Assembly: GCA_964443325.1 (NCBI GenBank)
Contig: CAYUCL010000003.1
Span: 100,519 to 164,518 of the forward strand
Direction: 5' to 3'
DNA length: 64,000 bases
Source: an uncultured Dehalococcoidales bacterium
GTDB taxonomy: Bacteria; Chloroflexota; Dehalococcoidia; E44-bin15
Part shown: positions 17,810 through 26,748 of the stretch, piece after piece
Numbering within the stretch: position 1 is the first letter of the stretch
Layout of the letters: each line of letters opens with the position of its first letter
Notes under the pieces: model-generated
Databases searched by the model: none
The model's input: only the letters and a program-made list of their open reading frames with translations
Told to the model about the DNA's origin: nothing
Made by a program: the position numbers and the translations under genes

Positions 17810-17944
17810 GCCTGCTGTTGCCAGCATTGGAGCCTCCGTCACAGTATTAGAATGGCATGGTAACAATATAACCCAATCATTTCCATTCTGTTTGCCAGTC
17901 CAGATAGAGGTATAACACGTTGGCTCACTACAAAAAGAGGTAAA

Positions 17945-18094
17945 CAGAATAGCGTTGATAGCCTCATGCTACAGAGACTATTAGGGCATACAAAGTTAAT
18001 GACGACAAATCGATATTGCTAGGCTGTTGGTTGCTATGATGCGATAGAGGGTCACAAACGTTATTCACCTGTGGATAGACTGGCCTCGCTATAA
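17945..18094 (+). pseudogene. C-terminal remnant of a tyrosine recombinase/integrase with an in-frame stop
   Basis: Frame of ATG 17966 reads QNSVDSLMLQRLLGHTKLMTTNRYC*AVGCYDAIEGHKRYSPVDRLASL*. Contains the LQxLLGH...T..Y box II with catalytic Tyr, TAG at 18020-22, and no recognisable HxxRH or N-terminal part. Confidence 0.8.
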
Positions 18095-20443
18095 AGCTAT
18101 GATATCTGACAATTCAGCTTCTTCAGGTTCTAGCTGGCTCAAAGTAGATATCATGGGTATAAGTATAGGCGATATTGCTCTGGTTAATAGCTTAACCCTA
18201 TCAGGAATTGACTCCCCATTTTCAATGTTCGGGTTCTTATTTCCAAGATCACTCAATTCTCGAAGTAAAGACATACCTATTAATACTACACCATAGCGGA
18301 ATTGCGCCATTAGAAGATTAACATCTATTGCTGGTTTGGCATACTTTAATTCAGTTTGTAGGCAAATGTTATCTATGTTTACGTAGAAATCATACTTACC
18401 ATCTCCTATTGGTATAACGTCTAAAGCATCAAATTCATCGAAATGATGGTTATCCCAACCATCACGATGTACATCAATGATTTCTGGTATGGTTAATAAT
18501 GACGGAATTTGCTTATTTGCTCCTTTGTTACCTGGTGGTGGAGAATCTCCTGTGGTGCCTCCCTTTTGGTGTTTTTTTCTTGGAGATACAATGACCTGGA
18601 ATGCGTCTTCGAAAGGTCCCCATTTAATAGCGTCTTTGACTATAGTATTGTATTTGACTATATAGTTTGGTTTTACTCCCTTAGGTAAAGAAACAGTTAA
18701 GTTTGCTGTCCCATTCCATAGGGATAAAACATAGTCAGTTACTTCAATACCATTAGCTAATAATATGAATTCACCTGGATCATCATCTCTGTCAAAGTAG
18801 TCATTTGAAGCGTCAGTCTCAAACTGAACTCGGAAGCGCCAATTGATTGGGCAATTTTTGATGAACTCTTTATGTTTCTTTCTCTGTAATCTGAAGTAGG
18901 TAGGATATTTGTTGCCATAGTAGATTTGGCCGATTCCAGTTTCTTCAAAGTGAAATGGATTTGGTAATTTACCTCCTACAGAAAGCAATTTCGCAAGTGT
19001 TGGAGAGTTTCTGATTACCTTCTCAATAACATCCATAAGGGGTTTGGACTCTTCTAATTTGTCCCTAATTTCTTCCTGTCTACGTTTTTCTCTTAATGCT
19101 CTTAATCCTGGATGTTCCTTTATTATCCGCTCGAGTTGGGTTTCTATTTCGTTTCTTAATTCACATGCGCTTAACCGGTCTCTACTGTTCATAAATAGAT
19201 CTTCTTTGAGTCTATCATCAAGATTAGTGCAATCAACGATTATGAGCAAAGAGTCTCTTAAATATCCCATACCAACGGCTTCATGTTGGAAAAACGTGGA
19301 TGGTAAATTGGCATGAGTTTGTCCATTGATAGTGAAAATTACGCCTTCATTACGCCGATAAGTTGAGGACTGGCCTTTTCTAAATGCATAAACCTGAGCT
19401 TGCAGCCTTTGTCCCATGCAAGCGATTTGATGAGAACTTGGATATGTAGGCTCTAGATTTTGTCTTTTGTCTTCTTCTAATCGTACACTTAAACCCGATA
19501 GGGTCGTTTCAAAAGTATGACCAGAGTAACCGTTCCTACGCTCAAATAATCTTACAGGTAATGCTATGTTGGGCATGAGTAAAGAGAGAGCATTGTAGAG
19601 ATCAAAGAGAATATTCGTTTTAAGTCCCTGTATGTTATACTCATATAATTTTATATAGGTGCCCCATTCCAGAGGTACTCCGAATTTGTTCGGATATGGA
19701 CCGGGTAATAGTGGTAATGAGTCAGCTTTAAAAGAGGGGATCTTATCTTCGGGCGCTAAATACGTGTATGCAGAGGTACGTCGATTACCACGTGGATCTT
19801 CTCTCCTTACTACAGTGAATCCCCATGTGTTACTCTCTCCAGGCAAAAGTATTTTTGGATTACGTTTAGATACAACCAATTGCATATGGTGTTGACCACA
19901 AAACCTAAAAGCTCCGGTTCCTCCCATATGGAATTTTCCTTGTACAAATGGGATTTCACTTTTGATGGACTTGAAAAGGCCAAGTAAGGTCTTCGGCATA
20001 TTTTCAGGAGTCTGTCCTTCACCGCGATCAATTATGGAATAACAAGGATTACTTTTTGATCCTGTGGCTACAAGGCTGATGTCTTCAGCAAGATTGGCCC
20101 TTTTTCTTGTATTCATCTTGGATAGTATTCCTTCTGGGATGTCATAGAATCTTATAAGTGCTTCGGTTACATCTCTAGGTGCTTCTTTACTCTTGGGGTC
20201 AATACCACTTTCAAAACATTTGCCCAATAGCAATGAGTCGACTGAATTGACGATCTTTTCAACAAGCGCATATTCCGCTCGGCTTTGTTGGTTACCTATA
20301 GTTGAATAATTATCTTCGATATCTCCAAAATACCGCCAGCATGATAGATCATCCCAATACTTATTTAGCTGCAAAGTTTTCACTATTTCATTTTCTGTTT
20401 CGCACTCAGCAAGAGCTAAAAACATGTCTTTGTAATTCATCAT
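18089..20443 (-). CDS. GHKL (HSP90/MutL/MORC-like) ATPase domain protein, 784 aa
   Basis: ALVEKIVNSVD (motif I), IIDRGEGQ (DxGxG), GKFHMGGTG (ATP-lid Gly motif), then an S5-like segment (TINGQTH..EDLFMNSRDRL), a coiled coil and an unknown C-terminal region. Confidence 0.7.
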   Translation of the reverse strand: MMNYKDMFLALAECETENEIVKTLQLNKYWDDLSCWRYFGDIEDNYSTIGNQQSRAEYALVEKIVNSVDSLLLGKCFESGIDPKSKEAPRDVTEALIRFYDIPEGILSKMNTRKRANLAEDISLVATGSKSNPCYSIIDRGEGQTPENMPKTLLGLFKSIKSEIPFVQGKFHMGGTGAFRFCGQHHMQLVVSKRNPKILLPGESNTWGFTVVRREDPRGNRRTSAYTYLAPEDKIPSFKADSLPLLPGPYPNKFGVPLEWGTYIKLYEYNIQGLKTNILFDLYNALSLLMPNIALPVRLFERRNGYSGHTFETTLSGLSVRLEEDKRQNLEPTYPSSHQIACMGQRLQAQVYAFRKGQSSTYRRNEGVIFTINGQTHANLPSTFFQHEAVGMGYLRDSLLIIVDCTNLDDRLKEDLFMNSRDRLSACELRNEIETQLERIIKEHPGLRALREKRRQEEIRDKLEESKPLMDVIEKVIRNSPTLAKLLSVGGKLPNPFHFEETGIGQIYYGNKYPTYFRLQRKKHKEFIKNCPINWRFRVQFETDASNDYFDRDDDPGEFILLANGIEVTDYVLSLWNGTANLTVSLPKGVKPNYIVKYNTIVKDAIKWGPFEDAFQVIVSPRKKHQKGGTTGDSPPPGNKGANKQIPSLLTIPEIIDVHRDGWDNHHFDEFDALDVIPIGDGKYDFYVNIDNICLQTELKYAKPAIDVNLLMAQFRYGVVLIGMSLLRELSDLGNKNPNIENGESIPDRVKLLTRAISPILIPMISTLSQLEPEEAELSDIIAL

Positions 20444-20454
20444 ATATCACCTTT

Positions 20455-20706
20455 TCATAGCCTAAATCTCTGCCTGTTTTCGCCTTTCCCTTGAAACTGA
20501 ATTTTTACTTCCCTGACTTTCCGTTCGATTTCTCGGAATATCTTGCGTACTTCCTCGTCATCATAATCGTAGTTTTTCCTATTTGAACATTTACCTAAAC
20601 TGTCCAAACTGTCGAGTATTCTATTTACTCTACGCTCAACAATTTTTATGAATCTTTGCCGCTTCATATCTACATTTTGAATATCTCGAGTTCTGATAGC
20701 TGTCAT
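20455..20706 (-). CDS. Small basic helical hypothetical protein (83 aa) co-transcribed with the GHKL ATPase
   Basis: AAGGAGG SD before ATG 20706; KRQRFIKIVERRVNRILDSLDSLGKCSNRKNYDY; 11 nt gap to the next gene. The ORF-track TTG at 20757 is the -35 box. Confidence 0.75.
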   Translation of the reverse strand: MTAIRTRDIQNVDMKRQRFIKIVERRVNRILDSLDSLGKCSNRKNYDYDDEEVRKIFREIERKVREVKIQFQGKGENRQRFRL

Positions 20707-20728
20707 AGGAACCTCCTTATATAGCAAA

Positions 20729-20757
20729 ATAATACCACAAATAATAGCATATGTCAA
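20729..20757 (-). promoter_or_regulatory. Near-consensus sigma70 promoter for the small protein-GHKL pair
   Basis: TTGACA-N17-TATTAT with TG extension. Confidence 0.75.
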
Positions 20758-20998
20758 GTGTTATATGATATATATCCCGAATATAGCCAATAATCGTGGA
20801 CATAATTAAAATATGTAGAATGGAATTGCACCTCTAAAAAAACCGACTTTGTCATGTAGGTAGGGAATACTAAGGGATTGTAAGACCTATGTTTGATACT
20901 AAGTCAAATGGTAGAGAAACATACTATGTCAGTTAGGTCAGTGAGGATTGAGGATAGTCATAACTTTTTAATGAATCGTCAGCGAAAATGGCACATTT

Positions 20999-21193
20999 CT
21001 AGGGCATATGTTTCTTATAACAGACTGCACAGTATTTCTTGGCATGTAGACTGTGAAGGAATTTATCTTGAACGTGTTCCTTCCAATAAGTCTCCCCGGG
21101 TGATATTTCTTTCCCGCAATCATAGCAAATATGTCTTGTCCTAGCTTTGATTTGCTTAAGAACCGGTAAATGACTGTATTTGCCCATTAACAA
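20999..21193 (-). CDS. Small zinc-finger-like protein
   Basis: KARTRHICYDCGKEISPGETY..KYCAVC (two CxxC); 5 nt downstream of the nuclease gene. Confidence 0.55.
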   Translation of the reverse strand: MLMGKYSHLPVLKQIKARTRHICYDCGKEISPGETYWKEHVQDKFLHSLHAKKYCAVCYKKHMP

Positions 21194-21198
21194 TGTGT

Positions 21199-22131
21199 TT
21201 ATATGGAATTATTCTTATAAGACTGCTTCGCTAAACTAATAATATAGTCAAGACTTTCATCGTCGCTGAATTGTATCTCATAATCTCCATTGCCCCAATG
21301 ACCAGTAGTCGACATGTCTCTTGTCATTTTCTTTTGGTCATTCAATTCGCCAATTCTAAGATTCAACCACAGTTTCAGCGCATTCTTCTGAATGTGAACG
21401 TCAACGAAATTTGTCTTAGCTATGAACCCTATGTATTTCTTAGTCGGTTTCACCTTTATACTGTTACCAATATCCAGCAAAGAGGCCCTTAGTTGTTCAT
21501 ACAATTCCCGTGTTTCACCAGAAGCGATTGATAGATGATCATCTTCCGTATATACCTTTATTTCTTTAGTCACGCCTTCAATAGTCTTACTTTTCGATGA
21601 AATAGTTTTTACTGATTCCATTGATCCTGAAGGCTGTATTTGCGATAAACCAATAGTTTCATTTGCATATTTTCTAATTTCCCAAAGTTCTATTGGTAAA
21701 TCTTTGAAATTGATCGACTGGACTTGATACTGCGTAAATAAAGGGGCTACGAATATTACCCTCGTTTGTGTCCAATCTACATCATTCTTTTTTATTGGTA
21801 ATTTGTGGCTTTCATAATATTCAAGAATACAATCAGCTTTATTATTAAGTACTATAGAAAGGTAAGCATATCCTTGATCTATAACGCTGAAATTTTTGTC
21901 TTTCTTATACTCGATTACGACAAAAGATTTCGTTTTGGTATCAAAAGCAAGTGTGTCTATTCTTAAATTTTGAAGGATGAATTCTGATTTCACAGTCTGT
22001 AATCCAAATATTTGAGAGAGATTATCCTCGCAAAGTCTCTGAATATCTTTTTCCAATTTGAAATCCATGCTCTCAATATTACTGAGCTTTCCGTTCTTAA
22101 CTGAATACATTTCCATAGACATAATCTCCAA
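21199..22131 (-). CDS. PD-(D/E)xK nuclease (NucS/EndoMS-like) fused to a DUF5655-like C-terminal domain; exact start uncertain (22110-22131)
   Basis: SEF..RIDTLAFD..VVIEYKK..IDQGYAY nuclease core; C-terminal NFVDVHIQK..GHWGNGDYEI. Confidence 0.72.
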   Translation of the reverse strand: MEIMSMEMYSVKNGKLSNIESMDFKLEKDIQRLCEDNLSQIFGLQTVKSEFILQNLRIDTLAFDTKTKSFVVIEYKKDKNFSVIDQGYAYLSIVLNNKADCILEYYESHKLPIKKNDVDWTQTRVIFVAPLFTQYQVQSINFKDLPIELWEIRKYANETIGLSQIQPSGSMESVKTISSKSKTIEGVTKEIKVYTEDDHLSIASGETRELYEQLRASLLDIGNSIKVKPTKKYIGFIAKTNFVDVHIQKNALKLWLNLRIGELNDQKKMTRDMSTTGHWGNGDYEIQFSDDESLDYIISLAKQSYKNNSI

Positions 22132-22179
22132 TTAATAATTATAATCCGAAAAATGGTGAGTCGATAGTATTATAACGGA

Positions 22180-22208
22180 ATTGTAGAAGCCATTATGCTA
22201 GTTGTCAA
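22180..22208 (-). promoter_or_regulatory. sigma70 promoter for the nuclease-zinc finger pair
   Basis: TTGACA-N17-TACAAT. Confidence 0.7.
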
Positions 22209-22475
22209 CGACCTGACCCCTAAAAATCGGCTTAGTTATAATGTTAATCCTAAAGATATTGATTCTATATGTTCCTAGTTACTCAAGCCATTTGTTGATT
22301 TAATCTACATTTCATCTATGAATAAATACCTTTTTATAGAGCTATAAAAAGTATATGAAATCTACATCATTTATAGATATTCAGTAGTTCCTTCGCTTAT
22401 ATGGCCTTAGCTGACTGGAAAACTCTCACCGCAATTGGTACACAAAAGAGGGCAACGTTACTCTTCTTATTACCT

Positions 22476-23501
22476 TTACATTAGCATCGCATCGCCGAAG
22501 CTATAGAATCTGTAGCCCAAACGCTTCGCCTCGCTGTAGGCTTGCTGGATCATTTCCTTTCCAGCGAACGCGGATACAAGCATCAGTAGTGTGGAGCGGG
22601 GCAAATGGAAGTTTGTAATCAGTCCGTCGACACTGCGAAAGCTATGCCCCGGTAGTATGAGGATATTCGTCCAACCTCGGAAGGCCTCGATCCCATTTCC
22701 CTTGATCGCCGCCTGCTCCAGAACCCTGACTGCAGTAGTGCCAACACAGATAATTCTCCTCCCCTCACCCTTCGCCCTACAAAGCTCCTGGGCAACCTCT
22801 TCCCCCAGCTCGCAATACTCCTTGTGCATCGGATGCTCCCTTGGGTCCTCGGCCCTCACTGGCAAAAAGGTGTCAAGGCCAACATGGAGCGTGACAAAGG
22901 CAAATTGGACACCCTTTTCGGCAAGTCTACGGAGAAGCTCCGGGGTGAAGTGGAGCCCCGCCGTTGGCGCAGCAACGCTCCCCTTTACTCTGGAGTAAAC
23001 CGTCTGGTAGCGCTCTGAATCCTTGATTGGGGAGTGAATATAAGGAGGTAGTGGCACCTGTCCTATTTCTTCCAGGGCAGCTTCATCAGAGAAGCGAACC
23101 ACCCTGACCCCTCTTTCTCTCCTCTCAACAATCTTACCATAAACGCCACTAAAAGACCCTTCGTCGTAGCTGAGCTCTATTCCTGTCCCCACGGCAACCC
23201 TTCGCCCTGGCCTTACCAAAGTTTCCCAAAGCCCCGAAGCTAACTGGCGAAGCAGTAGCAACTCCACCTTCCCTCCAGTCCCTGCCTTCCGCCCTAATAG
23301 CCGCGCCGGTATCACACGACTATCATTGAACACCAGCACATCACCTTCGTGGAGAAAATCAACGAGCTCGAAGAATCGGCGATGCTCTATTAATCCATCG
23401 CCCCGCGAAACAACCATAAGGCGAGAATGGTCCCGTGGCTCAATAGGGGTTTGGGCGATAAACTCGGGAGGCAGATGATAGTCGAAGTCGCTGGTTTTCA
23501 C
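22476..23501 (-). CDS. queA: S-adenosylmethionine:tRNA ribosyltransferase-isomerase
   Basis: DFDYHLP, VFNDSRVIPARL, PLPPYI, YQTVYS, AAPTAGLHF, TNFHLPRSTL, YRFYSFGDAM. Confidence 0.97.
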   Translation of the reverse strand: MKTSDFDYHLPPEFIAQTPIEPRDHSRLMVVSRGDGLIEHRRFFELVDFLHEGDVLVFNDSRVIPARLLGRKAGTGGKVELLLLRQLASGLWETLVRPGRRVAVGTGIELSYDEGSFSGVYGKIVERRERGVRVVRFSDEAALEEIGQVPLPPYIHSPIKDSERYQTVYSRVKGSVAAPTAGLHFTPELLRRLAEKGVQFAFVTLHVGLDTFLPVRAEDPREHPMHKEYCELGEEVAQELCRAKGEGRRIICVGTTAVRVLEQAAIKGNGIEAFRGWTNILILPGHSFRSVDGLITNFHLPRSTLLMLVSAFAGKEMIQQAYSEAKRLGYRFYSFGDAMLM

Positions 23502-23696
23502 GGTGACAATTATAAGTCCGCCCTTCAGCCTATGTCGAGTACACCCACTTTATTTATGGCCCCAATAGGTGTATCCTCTGTAGGATACGTGACAGGGTAT
23601 GTGATTACTGCAGTCGCCGCCGAATTACCGCTGCTTCGGCGCCACTAGCCAGCGAGTCAAAAAATTATATGTGCAGGATATGGGGGACTAATAGCA

Positions 23697-25097
23697 ATGA
23701 AACTGCCACAAAGTAATGATCTGGAATATATCTTCCACCCCAATTCTATTGCGTTTGCTGGGGTTTCCCGTACAGGACAAGCCTTGCTAGAGAGTCACTT
23801 AACCTCCGGTTTCGAGGGGAATATGTATCCCATAAGCAGGACTCTAACCGAGGTATTGGGGCTGCAGTGCTACACCGATATCAAGGAAATCGCAGGTCAG
23901 GTAGATTATGTGTGGGCAACCATCCCAGCACGATCCACACCACAGTTTGTAGAAGACTGCGTAGATAAAGGGGTAAAAGTCGCTAGCTTTTTCACCGCTG
24001 GTTTCAGCGAGAAGGATGAAGAGGGGGCAAGGTTAGAAGCTGAAATCGTTCAGATTGCCCGCAATGGTGGGATGCGAATTCTAGGACCTAACTGTATGGG
24101 GATATATTGTCCATCAACGGGTTTAACCTTTGCTCATGGGCTTCCGCAGCAGAGTGGCCCGATTGGCTATCTTTGCCAAAGTGGTGGGAACTCAGCTTAT
24201 GGGGTACGAATAGCGGTGGCAAGAGGTGCTTACTTCAGTAAGGCTATCAGCTATGGGAATGCCTGTGACATCAACGAATGTGACCTGCTGGAGTATCTTG
24301 CCCTTGACCCTGAAACCAAGATAATAACCGCCTACATCGAGGGGATAAAAAATAGAAGAAGATTCTTCAAGTTACTAAGGGAAGTAACAAAAGTTAAGCC
24401 TGTAATAGTACTGAAAGGGGGACATACCGCGCCAGGAGCAGCAACTGCTACTGCCCATACCGCTGCCCTTCCCTTCTCCAAAAAGAATTGGAATGCACAC
24501 ATGAGGCGAGCAAGGGCAATTCAAGTGTACAGCGTAGATGAAATGGTGGACGTAGTTTTGCCCTTCATATTTATGCCGCCTCCCAAAGGACGGAATGTGT
24601 GTGTCATAGGTTTGGGTGGAGGGGCAAGCGTCATATCTGCCGACCATTGTGTCAGGGCTGGTTTATCTGTCCCGCCACTGCCTGAAGAAATTATACAAAA
24701 AATAGGAGAGTTCATTTTAAACCCAGCGGGCAATATCTTCGTCAACCCCATAGACCCACAATTCGCTCCAGGAGGGCTCAGCGGAATTCTTAAAACCGTT
24801 GCCGATTGGGACGGAATCGATATGCTATTTCTGCGCATACCACACAATATAACACCGTTTTATCGGGATCCAGGACGACAAGCTCTAGACATGATGATAA
24901 GTTTCGCCCAGGAAAGCAGCAAGCCCGTAGCCATTATCCTGGACCATGTTGCCACACCAGAAGCTATACAGGTGTTCCTTGACAGGCAACAGCTCTGCGC
25001 TGATGCTGGAGTAGCATCTTTCCCCTCAGTAAAAAGGGCGGCCAATGCCATGAGCAAATTTATTCGGTATCACCAAAGAAGGAGCGAAAGTTCATAA
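23697..25097 (+). CDS. ADP-forming acyl-CoA synthetase alpha-type subunit (CoA-binding and ligase domains, no ATP-grasp)
   Basis: FHPNSIAFAG, FTAGFSE, RILGPNCMG, QSGG, SYGNACD, AHTAAL (phospho-His). Confidence 0.85.
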   Translation: MKLPQSNDLEYIFHPNSIAFAGVSRTGQALLESHLTSGFEGNMYPISRTLTEVLGLQCYTDIKEIAGQVDYVWATIPARSTPQFVEDCVDKGVKVASFFTAGFSEKDEEGARLEAEIVQIARNGGMRILGPNCMGIYCPSTGLTFAHGLPQQSGPIGYLCQSGGNSAYGVRIAVARGAYFSKAISYGNACDINECDLLEYLALDPETKIITAYIEGIKNRRRFFKLLREVTKVKPVIVLKGGHTAPGAATATAHTAALPFSKKNWNAHMRRARAIQVYSVDEMVDVVLPFIFMPPPKGRNVCVIGLGGGASVISADHCVRAGLSVPPLPEEIIQKIGEFILNPAGNIFVNPIDPQFAPGGLSGILKTVADWDGIDMLFLRIPHNITPFYRDPGRQALDMMISFAQESSKPVAIILDHVATPEAIQVFLDRQQLCADAGVASFPSVKRAANAMSKFIRYHQRRSESS

Positions 25098-25225
25098 TGC
25101 TGCCCCCGTGGCCAAAAGAGCGGCGGTAGCATAACCAACAGCGCACCTGCTCAGACTTTATCTATCTCAACGTGTTTCTGCGCCGAACTCAGTGTGCAAT
25201 TAGCAATCCAAATTGCGGCTCCTTA

Positions 25226-26650
25226 TTAATTGCCCCGATGAAACCTGTAGTACCAATTCATGTTAGCGATTGCCCTGGCGGCTCGATCCAAGCTGGGATA
25301 GACCGTTACCCACGCATCAGCGAGCTTCTTCTCCAGCGACATCGTCTCAGCGCCACCTAAGGTAGGCGAAGAAACTATCACAATAGGCTTCTTCTCTCTA
25401 ACACGGATGAAAATATCGTTCATCTCATTGAGCGTCTCCTTCGACAACCCCATGAGAAGCTGATCCAGATGCTCATTCACAATGATTACATCTATCCTCG
25501 GGTCAGCGACCACTGTCTCCATGGTCTTTGCCAGAATCTCCAGAACCCCACCAACCCCACCCATATCCAACGGGTTCCTTAAAATGCAACCAGCGGGAGG
25601 AAGGATGGGCTTTAGCTTTTTTCTAGTCTCATCGGTGAAAGGAGGTACGTTCAGCCCTACACTGGCACAGGCATCGGTGGAAGAGACGCTCTCACCCCCA
25701 CCACCACCAGAAAGCCCGGCGACGATAGCCACATTCTCGCCAAGGAATGGCGCATAATGCTGAAAGGTCAGCATGGTATCGGCAAGCTCCTCCAGGCTAT
25801 CCACCTTAATGACTCCTGCTTGCTTGAGCACCGCAGTCCAGATATTATCCGATATAGCAAGGGAACCAGTATGAGACTTAGCAGCCTCCGCTCCTGGTTC
25901 AGTCTTGCCACCTTTCCAGATTATCATAGGCTTGCTTTTTGAGACCTCTTTAGCAAGCTGGAAGAATCTTCGCCCTTGCCTCATACCTTCTAAATAGGCA
26001 CCGATAATTTTGGTATCCGGGTCGACAGCTAGATACTCCAGATAATCCACGCTATCGAGGTCACACCCGTTGCCAAAGCTAACCACCTTGCTAAAGTGAA
26101 TCCAGCGCCTCAGCCCTATCCCTATCACCCTCCCCGCATGTCCACCACTCTGAGAGATAAAGCCCACCGATCCAACTTCTCCCAATAACGGCGTAGGACC
26201 GTAGGGCATCAGGTGAGCTGGTGAATATACGCCGATGCAATTAGGCCCGATGATTCGGAAGCCGCCCTCCCTTGACTTCTTTACCATCTCCGTTTCCAAT
26301 CGCCGCCCTTCCTCCTCCCCTGTCTCAGAGAACCCAGCGGTAAAGAACTGAACCACCTTCACTCCCCTGGCGGCGCAATCATCCAGCACACCTAGAACAT
26401 GCTGCGCAGGAATGCAAACAATCACATATTCAACAGGGTCAGGGATATCCTGTACAGTTGGATAGGCCTTGAGACCCATTATTTCACCATCACTGGGATT
26501 GACTGGATAGAGCCTGCCTTTGAAACCTGCTTTGATCAGGGCTTCAAGGTATCTGTTGCCAAACTTAGCGGGGTTTGGCGAAGCGCCCACTACAGCGATG
26601 GATTTGGGATAAAAGACGGGCTCGAATTCTCGAAGCTTATCTCGATTCAG
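25226..26650 (-). CDS. ADP-forming acyl-CoA synthetase alpha-type subunit; probable CTG start
   Basis: FYPKSIAVVGAS lies upstream of the ORF-track start; AAGGAGG-N5-CTG at 26650; RIIGPNCIG, SQSGG, SHTGSL. Confidence 0.85.
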   Translation of the reverse strand: MNRDKLREFEPVFYPKSIAVVGASPNPAKFGNRYLEALIKAGFKGRLYPVNPSDGEIMGLKAYPTVQDIPDPVEYVIVCIPAQHVLGVLDDCAARGVKVVQFFTAGFSETGEEEGRRLETEMVKKSREGGFRIIGPNCIGVYSPAHLMPYGPTPLLGEVGSVGFISQSGGHAGRVIGIGLRRWIHFSKVVSFGNGCDLDSVDYLEYLAVDPDTKIIGAYLEGMRQGRRFFQLAKEVSKSKPMIIWKGGKTEPGAEAAKSHTGSLAISDNIWTAVLKQAGVIKVDSLEELADTMLTFQHYAPFLGENVAIVAGLSGGGGGESVSSTDACASVGLNVPPFTDETRKKLKPILPPAGCILRNPLDMGGVGGVLEILAKTMETVVADPRIDVIIVNEHLDQLLMGLSKETLNEMNDIFIRVREKKPIVIVSSPTLGGAETMSLEKKLADAWVTVYPSLDRAARAIANMNWYYRFHRGN

Positions 26651-26748
26651 AGATGCCTCCTTTTTTCGAACACCGGGATTTCAATCCTCAACTCTTCTCA
26701 AACCCCTCCTGCTATCCCGGTGCTGTTAACGAGCTATGCCGAGGTGTG

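Larger units (their letters stand above)
17945..22450. mobile_element. Degenerate AT-rich integrative island (boundaries approximate)
   Basis: Integrase remnant at the left end; visibly AT-rich compared with flanks; cargo unrelated to neighbours; ends just before the 3' end of queA. No att direct repeat found. Confidence 0.65.

Noticed and set aside
17650-22500. attL/attR direct repeats for the island (TAGCAATCGCA versus TAGCATCGCA at the queA 3' end)
   Set aside because: The match is short and imperfect, and the left copy is better explained as the operator palindrome.
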